The notes beneath the pieces are model-generated. The model saw only the letters and a program-made list of their open reading frames with translations, was not told the origin of the DNA and did not search any database. From Rhizaria sp. SCN 62-66 (lineage: Eukaryota): DNA of 63,809 nucleotides. Positions within the stretch are counted from its first letter, which is position 1, and every line of letters begins with the position of its first letter. Shown one piece after another: positions 36,047-47,100 of this stretch. The translations under genes were made by a program, and so were the position numbers. The stretch lies in contig MEDY01000104.1 in the NCBI GenBank assembly GCA_001724265.1, positions 124,001 to 187,809 on the forward strand. The letters are read 5' to 3'.

Positions 36047-39000
36047 ATGCTGCCCCGCCGCGGCGTTGTCTACACGACTAACGCCAAGTCCATGGCTTTG
36101 GTATCATCTTTCCTCGCCGCAGGCCGCACTGCACTCGCCTGCCCCGCCGTCAACAGCAGCAGCGGCGCTAGCACCAGCGCCGTGAGCTCTCGCTTTATTA
36201 CCAGCGCCTCGGCCGCTTTGCCAGGTGCTAAGCGCGACATTGCCACGGCCGTGCTGCTTGCGGGGCCTCCCGTCGCCCGCTCCCGCCTCCTGGCGCCCGC
36301 GCAACAGCAGCAGCTCTCGTTCATTGACAGCAACTCTATGCTCGCTCACAGCGCCGTTCTGTCGACGCCGAGCTTTGCCTTTAGCTCCCGCCCCAGCGGC
36401 CCCGGCGGCGCCGGCTTTGGCTCTGTCCCGGGCGCCTCTGCCGGCCTCGACTCCTCCGCCGCGGGCGGCCCCGAGCTTTTCCGCCTCTCCCAGGGCGCCG
36501 GCTCCGGCAGCGCTGCCGGGGGCGGCACGACGCTGGGCGCGGGCCACTCCCCCGCGTCGCTGTTCAAGTCCCTCTACGGCCGCTCCCCCGCCTCGCTCAA
36601 CAGCAGCGCCGGCGCGAGCGAGGACCAGAGCGCGCCGCCCAAGCCCCAGGGCGCGCCGACGATGGACGTCTCGGGCTCGTTCGCGCTGCCGTTCGCGACA
36701 TCTGACACCAAGGACGCGTTTGGCGGCGCGCTGGGCCGCGGAGAGGGCTCATACGGCACGCTCTCCGGCAACCAGTACCTCTCCAACATGTCCCAGCAGC
36801 CGGAGCATCAGACGCGCGAGGCCGGCTCACATACGCCCGACGCCGGCGGCGCGACTTCGGACCCCAGCGACGCGCTGCTCAAGTCGATGCCGGACGCCTT
36901 TAACCACGGGCTGTACACGTTTCGCATGCTCATGGCGGACGAGCACTGGCGCAAAGCCGCCGACGCGTTCCTCAAGCTGCACAAGGACGAGACGCTCGCG
37001 GCCCGCCTGCGTCTGCCCATCGTCGTGCCAGACACGCCCTACGCGGCGCTCGTGCAAGACCGCCTCGCACCAGAGGGCGAGGAGGCCCCGCTCGACGCCT
37101 GCGGCTTTGCGGCATGGGCGCTGGAGCCTGTGGCGTCGCCGCAGTCGTTCTTCCCCGAGCTGGGCTGGTACCGCTACCTCCACTCCTGCCAGAACTACCC
37201 CCCACACGTGCGGTCCGTGCTGCGCACCCCCGCCGAGGCTGCGAACCCCACGGCGGCGCCCCCCACGCTGGCGCTCGGCTACCAGGGCTCGCACCCGCTC
37301 GTCATTTTTTCGGCCCTGGCCTCCGTCAAGGCCGGGCTCCGCGCCTCTGCCGCGCTGCCCCGCGACCTGTTGCGCCACTGCCTCTCCTCCGACGCCAGCG
37401 CGCAGCTCATGGCCGCCGCGCCCGCGGACCTGCTGCGGCGCTTTGTCTTCGCCGCGGTGGACCAGGCCGAGGCCGACCTCGCGATGTGGAGCTCCCGCCT
37501 GCAGTTCCTCTACGAGGAGGTCACGACCCATTACCGGGAGCATCTGCGCCGCGGCGGCCATGCGCCGCTCGACGCCGCCAAGCACCCCGACGCCGCGACG
37601 GTGTACCCGCGCGGCGCGGCGCTCGTGAACGCGCTCTACAGCTCCGATGCCGTGCCCGTGCTCCGATACGCGCCCTCGGGCGCACCCGCGTACAACGCCG
37701 ACCTGGCGGGCAGCGGGCTCTTCGCACTCGACGCGCTCATCGACACGGCGCAGGCGGCGAGTGCGCACGCGCTAATCGTCGAGCTTATCGCGCTCCGCGG
37801 CGTTGTCGGCGGGGAGATGGAGGCGGATCCCGCCAAGGAGGTCAAGGAGGCCAATTTGAAGCAGCAGCAACAAGCGCAGTCTGACGCCGCTGCCACTGCT
37901 GAGGCTGAGGCTGAGGAGGAGCAGGACGAAATGGAGGGCGAGCTCGTCAGCGTCTCGCCGCGGGCGCTGGGCCGCACCGCGCAAACGGGCTACCCCGACC
38001 CAGCCCCTTACATCGATCTAAGTACCGCCCGCAGCGCGGGCACCGAGGACGGACTGCCGTTCCGGCGCCACGCCGCCGCCATCGCGGCCGTCGAGAAGGA
38101 GCTGGAGCAGGCCCGGGCAGAGCTCGCGGCCGCCAAGTCCGCTGCCGGCATTGGCAGCAACATCAGCAACAGCTCTAGCAGCGACTCCGCGAGCATTGCG
38201 ACTGCTGCTGATGTTAAGCCGTCTTCTGCTGCTGACGCGACGGAAGTCAAGCTGCCCCCGAAGCGGTTGCATGCGCTGTCGTCTTCCCTGCTCTCCACCC
38301 TGGCCACCGCAGCGCCCGCGGTCGATGCCGAGGCCAAGGCCAAGTCAGACGCCGCCGCCGTTGCAGCTGAGGCCGCTGCCGCTGAGGCTGCTGCTAAGGC
38401 CGAGAGTGAGCGCCACGCACGCCTCGCCGCGCTGGCCGCGGACGACGCGAAGCAGGTCTCGGTCGCCACTGCGAGCGCCCGCGTGCGCGCGGCCGAGCTC
38501 ACGCTGCGGCGGCTGCGCGTGGACCGCGTGGCGGCGTTCCCGCCGCTGGACATGTTCACGTTTGGCCTCTCGCCGACCGCCTACAGCGACCTCCCGGCGC
38601 AGGTCAGCCACTCCGCCGCCGCCACCATCACTGCCACTGACGCTGCGGCGGGCGGCCGCATGTCGACGGCGCAGCTGGCGGCCGCGGAGGCCGCGGACAA
38701 CGCCTGGGCGCGCGAGAGCAGCACCGGCAAGGCGGGCGTCAACAGCGGCGGCGAGTTCGCCTTCACCACAGCGAGCAGCGCTGTTGCCAAGAGCAGCAGC
38801 AACGCCAAGGGAAGCAAGGCGGGCCAAAACGATAAAGAGGACGACGCGTTGCATGCCGACGAGCTTGCCGACATTGAACTCGACAACAATGCCGGCAGCG
38901 ACGTGTTCTCCAAAGTCAAGCCGCACTCGCACGGGATGCCCATGGACACCCCGCAGAGCAACCGGCTCAAGGCCGAGCTCGTGGCGTCCGTCAAGCGTTC

Positions 39001-42000
39001 CCTGCGCAATAGCAGCAACAACGCTGCCGCTGCTGCCACAGACGCGCCTGCGGGTGTGGCTGACCCCGGCCACGTGTCACTGATGCCTGCGGTACTGCCC
39101 GCGTTCGACATCCTCCACAACGCCAAGGCCATGCCCGAGGCCGCCGCGTCCGTGCCCGCGCACACGCCCGCGCAGGCGCTTAAGGAGGCCGACGCTTTTT
39201 TCGGAACCGCGGTGGAGTTCGTGTCGCTGCCGCCGCTGCTGGTGACGCGCAAGGGCCCCAGCGTGACGGTGAGCGCCACCGGCGTCGGCGTCGGCTTCGA
39301 TCCCGCCGCCGCGAGCAACACTGCCGTCAACACCAACAACGCCGCGCACACCAACCGCGGCCGACAGCACAGCAGCAGCAACAGCAGCGGCGGCGCGGGC
39401 GCTGGCGCCGCAAACGCGGCCGGCGGCTACCACACCAACACCGCGAGCGCGAGCAGCTCCTCCGCGGGCTACGTCCCCGGCGCGGCCAGCGCGTGCACCA
39501 AGGTCGACGACGTGAACAATTACACCGCGATCGGCTTCGCGCGCACCGACGCGCACTACGACGCCCTGCGTGCGCGCCAGCAGCGGCAGAGGCTCAAGGA
39601 GCAGCAGAAGGGTAGCAACGCTAGCGCCGTGAGTACTGACTCTGCTGCTTCCCAGGTGACTGCCTCCTCAGAGGACTCTGAGGACCCCAGCCCCTTAGAC
39701 GGACTGGTTTCGTACCCCTTAGCGCACGTGCGCCAGCTGACCGAGTCGCTGGTGGCCGTGGCGCGCCAATGCGCCGAAGAAGAGCACCGCGTCACCAAGC
39801 GGCACGCCGAAGCCGTGGCCAAGGCCGCGGAGGAGGCCGCCAAGCGCCAGGAGCGCGAGGAGCGCAGCAAGAGGGGCGGGCTCTTCTCCCGCTTGCTCGC
39901 CAGCTTCTCCGGCGGCGGGAACCAGGACGCGGGCGCGGCGACTAGTCCAGACGTTCAGCCCGCCACTGCCGTTGCGAGCGCCGAGGCTGGTGCGGGCACC
40001 GAGTCTGGTGCGGAGAGCGGCGGCGGCGACCGCACTGCAGTGCTACCGCTGCCGATCTCGACCGGCGTGAGCTCGATGCCCGGGCTTGCCGGCATGGCCG
40101 TGCAGGCGACGAATCTGCTCTACACTATGGCGCAGTCGCAGCAAATCAGCGACATTTCGCTCGAGTACGGCGACGACGCCGCTGAGCTCATCCTCGATTT
40201 GAACGAGCTGCGCAACATGATCGACTTTACCGAAGAACACAGTGAGGAGCGCGCCGTGCTGCTGCAGAAGCTCGCGGAGACCGAGGCCAAGGCCGCCGCC
40301 GCCCCCGCCATCTACCTCAACAAGGACCGCAGCTCTAGCTCTAGCTCTACCTCTACAGGTGCAGCTGTGGTGACTTCAGCTGGTGGCGACGCCTCGTCTT
40401 CTTCTGCGGACTACATCAGCGTGAGCGACGTCTCGCTGCCGTCCCTGCGCTTCCCGTCCCCCTACCAGTCGCTGACGCCGCACCCGATATCCTCTGCGTG
40501 CCTCGCGGGCGTGACCAACGCCGTGCTGGGGCTCTCCGCGGGCGCGCGCAGCCAGTTCGAGGAGCTTGCGCGCCATGGGCTCATCGACTTTGACGCGCAA
40601 GACACCGCCAAAGCCGGCAGCACCGGGAGCGATGAGAGCAGCGGGAGCGACGCCAGCGCGGGCAGTCAGTTCGGGGTCGCGAGCACGCAGTTCCAGTCGC
40701 AACTGCACCGGCTCATGGCGCTGCAGGAGCAGCAGTTCCCCTCTCTCCACAACAGCAACCTGAACCCCAACAGCGTCACCACGCACTTCAACAGCAGCGC
40801 CAGCAACAGCAGCAGTAGCAGCGGCACGGCGACGCCCGCGGGCGCGACGGCTGTGGCCGCCTCCGCCGCGGCCGCCAGCGCGGGCCGCGACCGGTCCCCT
40901 GCCGCCGCTGCCGCCGACTTCGCCCCTAGCGCCGCCGCCGGCGACGCTGCCGGCGATGAAGGCGACGGCGAGGGCGCGATGACGGTGAACGGGCGCACGG
41001 TGCTGCAACACACGGTGCAGGCAGTGCCGCCGGCGGACGCTTTCCCCCGCTCATCGGTGCTGCCCTACACGTCCGTGGCGCTGGCGGCGCACGCGATGGC
41101 TGTGACCGAGTGCTACATCATCAACCTGGCCGAGGCCACGGGGGAGCTCGTGCCGGCCGCCATGACCTACGCCATCCTTACCGCGCCCGGCTCGCTGCTC
41201 AAGGACCACCCGCTGATGGTTGACCGGCTGTGGGCCGTGACCAACACGGACGACGACGACGCACACTTGCTGGATGGTCTGACTCAGAACGACGGTCTTG
41301 GCTCTGAGACAGAGACAGAGACTGAAGGTGAGACTGCGACTGCAGCTGATAAGGCGGAGGCTGAGGCCGCTGCGGCGACCGCGGCGACCCTGGCCAAGGC
41401 ACGCCGCGACCGCGCCTGGCGCGCGAAGGAGGCCGTGTCCTCCCTGCTTTCCACAAACCATATCAATACTCCCACGACCGCTACTGCTGGCGCTGGCTCG
41501 ATTGCGAGCGCGAGCGCGAGCGCTGCCCCCGCTCCCGCGGTGGACGCGGCGACCGCGCACATCAACCGCGCCGCGCGCGCCTCGACCCACGGCCACCTGT
41601 CCCGCAGCGGCGTGCTCTACTACGCCTTCAAGTCGAGCCGCAGCGGCATGCTCGAGGCTTACCTGGAGGCCGCCCTCATTGCCGGCTCCGTTGACCCAGG
41701 CGCGCTCAACAAGGCCGCTGTGCTCTGGCGCCTCGCTACTAACACGACGGCTTGGCACCTCGAGTCCAAGTACGCACCCTGGCCCTGCGAGCTTCCCGGC
41801 TGGCAGCCCGGCAACATTGAGGACGTCAACAACACTGCAGAGGGTGCGTTCGCCGCGTTCATGTGGCGCCAGTATATCGGCACCCAGTCCTCCGTCTCCA
41901 ACAACAACAACAACGGCAGTGACTCTGCTGCTGCTGCTAGCACTCAGTCGCTGTCGACGCACGGCGCGCCCGTGGCCGGCGCCGCGCCGAGCGCGCTGCA

Positions 42001-43495
42001 CGCGCTATCGCTGGGCCACGACAACACCCACGGCGCGCTGTCGGGTATGGCGCTCTTCCGCGCTGCGCAGCTCCCCGTCGGCCACTGGGTTTCGCAGCGC
42101 GCGCTCGGCGCCGCCACGGAGGTTTTCGCCACGCTCGCCATCCTGCTCCGGCTCTGCCCGCGGCCCGCCACAGCCGCACTGGGGCTGGCGCAGAACGCGG
42201 GGCTGCCGCGCGCCTCCGACAGCTCCTCGGCGATGGCCAACGGCATGATGTCGGGCGCGACCTATGGCGCGAGCGAGCGCATGTTCGCCGTCAAGGACCT
42301 CAAGGAGGCGCTGCAGGGCGGCTACGAGGGCTACGCCACCGACATTCTCGCCATTCGGCGGCTGTTCATCGCCGTGGCGAGCATGCGCGGCTTCGCGCCG
42401 GGCGACGAGGGCGGCGGGCTGAGCGCGCTCGAGCTCGGGCTTGGCACGGCCTCGCGCCCGATCACCCACAACAGCGGCGGCAATAGCAGTGCGGCGGACG
42501 ACGGCTGGCTGGCCAAGGACGCGGTGGGCAGCGGGCTGGGCTACGAGGGCGTGCTCCGGCGCAACATCGCGCGCGCTGCCAAGCACGTCGTGCCCTCTGT
42601 CTACGCCAACAAGAGCGCAAGCAGCGAGGAAAGCACCAGTAGTGACGCCGACGCTACTGCTGACTCTGCTACTGGCTCTACTGCGGCTAACACTGCGTCG
42701 GCTGCGACCGCGACAGCAACTTCTGGCAACAGTGCAGTCGCGTCGACCGCGGACTCGGCCATCGCGGCGCATCGCCGATTCCGCACGCTGCTGTCGGCCA
42801 CCACGGGCAAGGCCCGTCTGCCGCGCTCCTTCGTGGTCAACGCGCTGCTGCCGACCGAGGTGCCGCTGGTGCCGCTGATGGAAGTCAAGCCGCTGGACCT
42901 GGGCCCGCGGCTGCGGCCCGTGGAGCTGGAGCGCGTGCTGCCGATCGACAGTGACTCGCTGTTGCGCCGGCTGGTCGGTAAGACTGGCGCGATGGCGCAC
43001 TCACGCGTTCTGCTCACGCGCAGGTTACTCGCGACTGAAGCCCTGGATCCGCGCGTGCTGCAGCGCATCTGCCTGGCGCACGTTGACACGCTTGTGATCG
43101 AGGGCCGTGACCGGCAGGCGTGGCGCGCGCTGTCGGAGCTCAAGCTGCGCGGCATGGTCGAGCCAGGCGCGCTGGCCATGTATGAGGAGGCCGCTAAGAG
43201 GGCTGGGAACGAGGGGCTGTGGCAGCAGAGCGAGGAGAAGGACGAGCGGTACCACTCGCTCGTGTCCGATGAGAACAGCGACGGCATTAGCTCAGAACAG
43301 CAGCAGCAGCTGGGTGATGCTGCTGTTGCTGTGAAGGCGAGTGCCGGCCGGAGCCGCAGTGTCAAGAGCACGAAGCAGAAGAAGGAGCGCAAGCAGGGGT
43401 TCTTCGACGAGGACGAGATTGCCGAGATGGAGGCCTGGGGCAACGAGCCGGAGCCCGCTTCTGCGACTGCAAGCAAGAGCAACATCAACAAGTAA
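36047..43495 (+). CDS. Very large hypothetical protein, 2482 aa, single exon; possible mitochondrial targeting
   Basis: 7.4-kb uninterrupted GC-rich ORF, stop TAA. The N-terminus is Arg/Ser/Ala-rich and almost free of acidic residues. A few PPR-like helical segments; family not securely recognised. Confidence 0.8.
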   Translation: MLPRRGVVYTTNAKSMALVSSFLAAGRTALACPAVNSSSGASTSAVSSRFITSASAALPGAKRDIATAVLLAGPPVARSRLLAPAQQQQLSFIDSNSMLAHSAVLSTPSFAFSSRPSGPGGAGFGSVPGASAGLDSSAAGGPELFRLSQGAGSGSAAGGGTTLGAGHSPASLFKSLYGRSPASLNSSAGASEDQSAPPKPQGAPTMDVSGSFALPFATSDTKDAFGGALGRGEGSYGTLSGNQYLSNMSQQPEHQTREAGSHTPDAGGATSDPSDALLKSMPDAFNHGLYTFRMLMADEHWRKAADAFLKLHKDETLAARLRLPIVVPDTPYAALVQDRLAPEGEEAPLDACGFAAWALEPVASPQSFFPELGWYRYLHSCQNYPPHVRSVLRTPAEAANPTAAPPTLALGYQGSHPLVIFSALASVKAGLRASAALPRDLLRHCLSSDASAQLMAAAPADLLRRFVFAAVDQAEADLAMWSSRLQFLYEEVTTHYREHLRRGGHAPLDAAKHPDAATVYPRGAALVNALYSSDAVPVLRYAPSGAPAYNADLAGSGLFALDALIDTAQAASAHALIVELIALRGVVGGEMEADPAKEVKEANLKQQQQAQSDAAATAEAEAEEEQDEMEGELVSVSPRALGRTAQTGYPDPAPYIDLSTARSAGTEDGLPFRRHAAAIAAVEKELEQARAELAAAKSAAGIGSNISNSSSSDSASIATAADVKPSSAADATEVKLPPKRLHALSSSLLSTLATAAPAVDAEAKAKSDAAAVAAEAAAAEAAAKAESERHARLAALAADDAKQVSVATASARVRAAELTLRRLRVDRVAAFPPLDMFTFGLSPTAYSDLPAQVSHSAAATITATDAAAGGRMSTAQLAAAEAADNAWARESSTGKAGVNSGGEFAFTTASSAVAKSSSNAKGSKAGQNDKEDDALHADELADIELDNNAGSDVFSKVKPHSHGMPMDTPQSNRLKAELVASVKRSLRNSSNNAAAAATDAPAGVADPGHVSLMPAVLPAFDILHNAKAMPEAAASVPAHTPAQALKEADAFFGTAVEFVSLPPLLVTRKGPSVTVSATGVGVGFDPAAASNTAVNTNNAAHTNRGRQHSSSNSSGGAGAGAANAAGGYHTNTASASSSSAGYVPGAASACTKVDDVNNYTAIGFARTDAHYDALRARQQRQRLKEQQKGSNASAVSTDSAASQVTASSEDSEDPSPLDGLVSYPLAHVRQLTESLVAVARQCAEEEHRVTKRHAEAVAKAAEEAAKRQEREERSKRGGLFSRLLASFSGGGNQDAGAATSPDVQPATAVASAEAGAGTESGAESGGGDRTAVLPLPISTGVSSMPGLAGMAVQATNLLYTMAQSQQISDISLEYGDDAAELILDLNELRNMIDFTEEHSEERAVLLQKLAETEAKAAAAPAIYLNKDRSSSSSSTSTGAAVVTSAGGDASSSSADYISVSDVSLPSLRFPSPYQSLTPHPISSACLAGVTNAVLGLSAGARSQFEELARHGLIDFDAQDTAKAGSTGSDESSGSDASAGSQFGVASTQFQSQLHRLMALQEQQFPSLHNSNLNPNSVTTHFNSSASNSSSSSGTATPAGATAVAASAAAASAGRDRSPAAAAADFAPSAAAGDAAGDEGDGEGAMTVNGRTVLQHTVQAVPPADAFPRSSVLPYTSVALAAHAMAVTECYIINLAEATGELVPAAMTYAILTAPGSLLKDHPLMVDRLWAVTNTDDDDAHLLDGLTQNDGLGSETETETEGETATAADKAEAEAAAATAATLAKARRDRAWRAKEAVSSLLSTNHINTPTTATAGAGSIASASASAAPAPAVDAATAHINRAARASTHGHLSRSGVLYYAFKSSRSGMLEAYLEAALIAGSVDPGALNKAAVLWRLATNTTAWHLESKYAPWPCELPGWQPGNIEDVNNTAEGAFAAFMWRQYIGTQSSVSNNNNNGSDSAAAASTQSLSTHGAPVAGAAPSALHALSLGHDNTHGALSGMALFRAAQLPVGHWVSQRALGAATEVFATLAILLRLCPRPATAALGLAQNAGLPRASDSSSAMANGMMSGATYGASERMFAVKDLKEALQGGYEGYATDILAIRRLFIAVASMRGFAPGDEGGGLSALELGLGTASRPITHNSGGNSSAADDGWLAKDAVGSGLGYEGVLRRNIARAAKHVVPSVYANKSASSEESTSSDADATADSATGSTAANTASAATATATSGNSAVASTADSAIAAHRRFRTLLSATTGKARLPRSFVVNALLPTEVPLVPLMEVKPLDLGPRLRPVELERVLPIDSDSLLRRLVGKTGAMAHSRVLLTRRLLATEALDPRVLQRICLAHVDTLVIEGRDRQAWRALSELKLRGMVEPGALAMYEEAAKRAGNEGLWQQSEEKDERYHSLVSDENSDGISSEQQQQLGDAAVAVKASAGRSRSVKSTKQKKERKQGFFDEDEIAEMEAWGNEPEPASATASKSNINK

Positions 43496-44198
43496 ACAGA
43501 GTGATATATTGGAGTGGCTAACGTAAAACGTGCTCTAGAATCACTTGTTTGCTACGTGTTGTGTTGTTTTACCGTTTCGTATTTATTTAAGATGTTTTCA
43601 GTGGATATTTATTGTTTTTGTGTCTATTGGTCACAAGGTGATCTCGGTATGCCCGCAACGCCGTTGCTACTGCGCTTCTCTCGCCTTGACTTGACCAGTG
43701 GTGACAGCTGCGAGTGGCGGTGCGAGGGGTCCGTATCAGACACTTGGGTTGCGGAGTAACACTGTCCCCCCAACGGCTGGGCAGAAAGTTCTTTTGTTAT
43801 TTATAGACATCATATACACCATGGTTGTTTGAGGTACTTCGATATGCAATTTGAATTGCTTTGAAATATATACCCCTGTAATTGTATTATTTCCAGAGGT
43901 TGTCTTTCGTCGTTGCCAGCACTTGTCATGTGCCTCCATTGAGAGCCGTTCAAACCGCTCTGCTATTTGGCTTCTCACCGTTCCAACCTAGTTTTCCCTT
44001 GCTCATTGCGACTTCTATTGACGATATAGAGTTTATACGAGCATTCAGAAAGCTACTTTTAATTCTTTCACGCAACCCCTTCTGTTTGGGTCACTTGCAT
44101 CTTCCTTTCCTTGGCTCGGCGTCCACTGCCCAACAACCAGCTCTAGCTCTAGCTTTGCACTCTCGTTCACTCGCATTCGCGACCGTCAGCGTCACCGC

Positions 44199-47100
44199 AT
44201 GACTATTAGACACTGCACCATGACTTACGATATCTTGCGGTCATTCGCAGTTGCGATCTTGCTTTGTCTAGCTGCTCTGTCAGTGGCTCCCCACGTACGT
44301 CCTCTCTCCTGAGCTGCCCCCTTCGATTCTCTTTCACCATCCACTTCTTGATTCTATCATTGAAAATTTTGCACAGACTGACCCTACGTCATTATCACAA
44401 CTCGTTTTCTGCTATAGTCTCTGGTGTCGGCCGCGAGCTTCGGTTCTGAGAAGAACGCCTACGTGGTCTCGTCGGGCATCGGTCTGGGTTCGGCCGTCAC
44501 CATCACAGGCACCATCACGCCCATCGCCGTCTCCTAGCTGCTGTCGACGCAGCGCGTGCAGCTGCGTATCCCCGACGGCTTTCTGTTTACGACGGCCGTG
44601 TCCGGCGGCACTGCCGGCTCGCAGTGCGCTGTGGGGCTCGACGGCGTGCTCGTCGCCTCGACAACGATCCACGCCAGTGAGCGCATCGCGCTCTTCTCGC
44701 CACAGGTACGCCGCGTGAAGACGTATATCCGCATATAGCGGAGTAACATTTCAGTATCATCTTAAATGTGCACACACATATTGTTTATTTCGGTTTCAGC
44801 CAGATATGAGTGAATCCGCGCTCATTATGTTCACTTATACCACTTTGTTTTTGTCATGTTGCTTTGTGCTTCGTTTCCCTATGCCGTAGACGTCCATTAC
44901 GGTTACGTCTCCGTGGTCCTCGTCGCTGACGGTGCAGTGCACGCTGGTGGTAACGCCGCACGCGCCCACCGCGACGACCAACGAGACGCAGACGCAGATC
45001 GTCGACGCCAACAACCAGGTCATCGTTGAGGTCAACGGCGGGTCGCTGCCAGGTACGTTTTCTTTCTTAAAGCAACAACAAAGACGGAGAATCTTTCAGT
45101 AGCCCTTGCGAGGCAGATCAACTGAGTTTTTCTTTTGCGCATTGCTCTATTTTTCTCTATTTTTCAACTTAAAAAAGCTCATATATCTCACTTTTGCCGC
45201 GGAATACCTTTTTTTTTTGTTTCGTTTTGTTCATCGCTCTGCGCAGGTTTCACGACCGTCACCATGGGCTTGTCTTACACCGGCTTCCAGTTCTCGACCC
45301 CCGCCGCAGGCTCAGGCTCCCTGGCCGCCTCCGTCACTGCGATGATTTCCCCCTTAGCTGCGCTGGGCCAGTTCACAGTCTACGACCAGCTGCGGCTGCA
45401 CTTCCCCTTCGACGGCATCAACAGCGGCGGCGCCGCCACGGCGTGCGAGATCACATACAACGGCACTGTCATTGCGACTTCTGATCAATTAGTGGTTGCC
45501 ACGGGCGAGTGCACCGACTGCTCGCTGTCCTCCTCGCCGCCCACAGCCTTCCCGCGCTACCTGCAGCTGACGTTTCTCACCACCGTGTCCATCCCTGCCG
45601 GCGCCACCGTGCCTACGACGACCACGATCGACACCAGCTCCGCCACCACCGCGACCAACGTCTCGGCTATCGCGGACGTCACGCGTGTCACGTGTTCCAG
45701 CGTGACTTTGCGCGCGTCGTCCTCCTCGGCAACCACCACGGGTCTCGTCACCTGGCTGAACCCGTACTCTGAGCTGCTCGCCTACGCCGCCAACGCGCGC
45801 GTGCCCGCGATCGACTCAGCGCCTTTCTCCGCCGCTGCGCTGGGCGCCTTTGACGCACCGGCCTACGCGGGGCTCGCCAACACAGTCCGCTGCTCGCTCG
45901 CGACCTACTTGACGGTCGCGGCCAGCGCGGATCTTGTGATCGCGCTTACGCTGCCGTCGACGTTTCATATCCCTCTCGCAGTCTGCACGAGTCCCTCGGT
46001 GCCGACGCTGGTGAACCCGGGGCAGGCGTTCCCGAACACGCGCGTGCTCAAGACCAACGGGCAGATTACCGTGCTGCTGTGGCTGCCGTTCGCAGTCGAG
46101 GCCGGGGTGACCGTGAGCATCACGTGTACCTCTGTCGGACTGCCCTTTGCCGCCTCCGACGCCTCCACCGTCCCTGGTATGTTCTTATGAGAACAAGATA
46201 CGGCGTGATTTATTTTGGTATTTTGCTTTCATGTTTATTTTCTTCCACTTCAACGCGTTTTATGGTTTTTATGATTGAATATGACGCCTGATTATATTTT
46301 CAATGTTTTTGTTTATCTGCACACTTTTTAGGCGCAAGCATCGTGCTGACGCGTCTGCCCCTGAACACGACGACTGCAACGACCGACGACAACGCGATTT
46401 ACCCGTTCGACGACGACGACGTGTTGGCCTCGGCCACGGGCCTCCAGATCCCCGCCATCATCGCTTACCCGACCACCTATTTCGGCGGTTCCCAGCGCGT
46501 CGTGTCGTTCAAGACGCCCGTGGTGGCCGCACTGACCAACATGACGCTCACGCTCGCGCCCCTTACCGTTTCGCTGAGCTCAGACCGCGTGCTCTACCTG
46601 GCGCTGCCGAACGACATCCGCCCCGACGGCAACGGGACCAGCTCCACGGTGTGCGAGGCGACGTTCAACGCCGTGGCCGTGGCGGGCACCGCGACCATCA
46701 CGCTGAGCGTCGCGCAGCACGTCATCCGCTTCTCGCCGGCCGCCAATACCACGCTCCCGGGCGCCACGACGGCCGCGACGCTTGCTCTGACCTGCACCAA
46801 CATCCGTCTCCCGTCGGTGGAGCGGACCGCCACGCGGCTCACCCCCGTGGGCGTGCTGTCCAAGGCCGACGAGTCGGTGCGCTACGCGTACCTGCGCGGC
46901 GTGCGCATCGACGACATCTACAGCGGGGTTATCGGCACCGCCACGGGCCGCTTCGACCCAGCCTACGCTGGCGCGCTCACCACCTTCGAGCTCACGCGCA
47001 TCCGCGGCACGGACGTGCTCCCCGTCAACACCACGCTCAAGCTCTCGCTGCCCTACGGCACCTCGGCCCCCAACGCCACCGCGGCGTCGCCCGCGACGCA

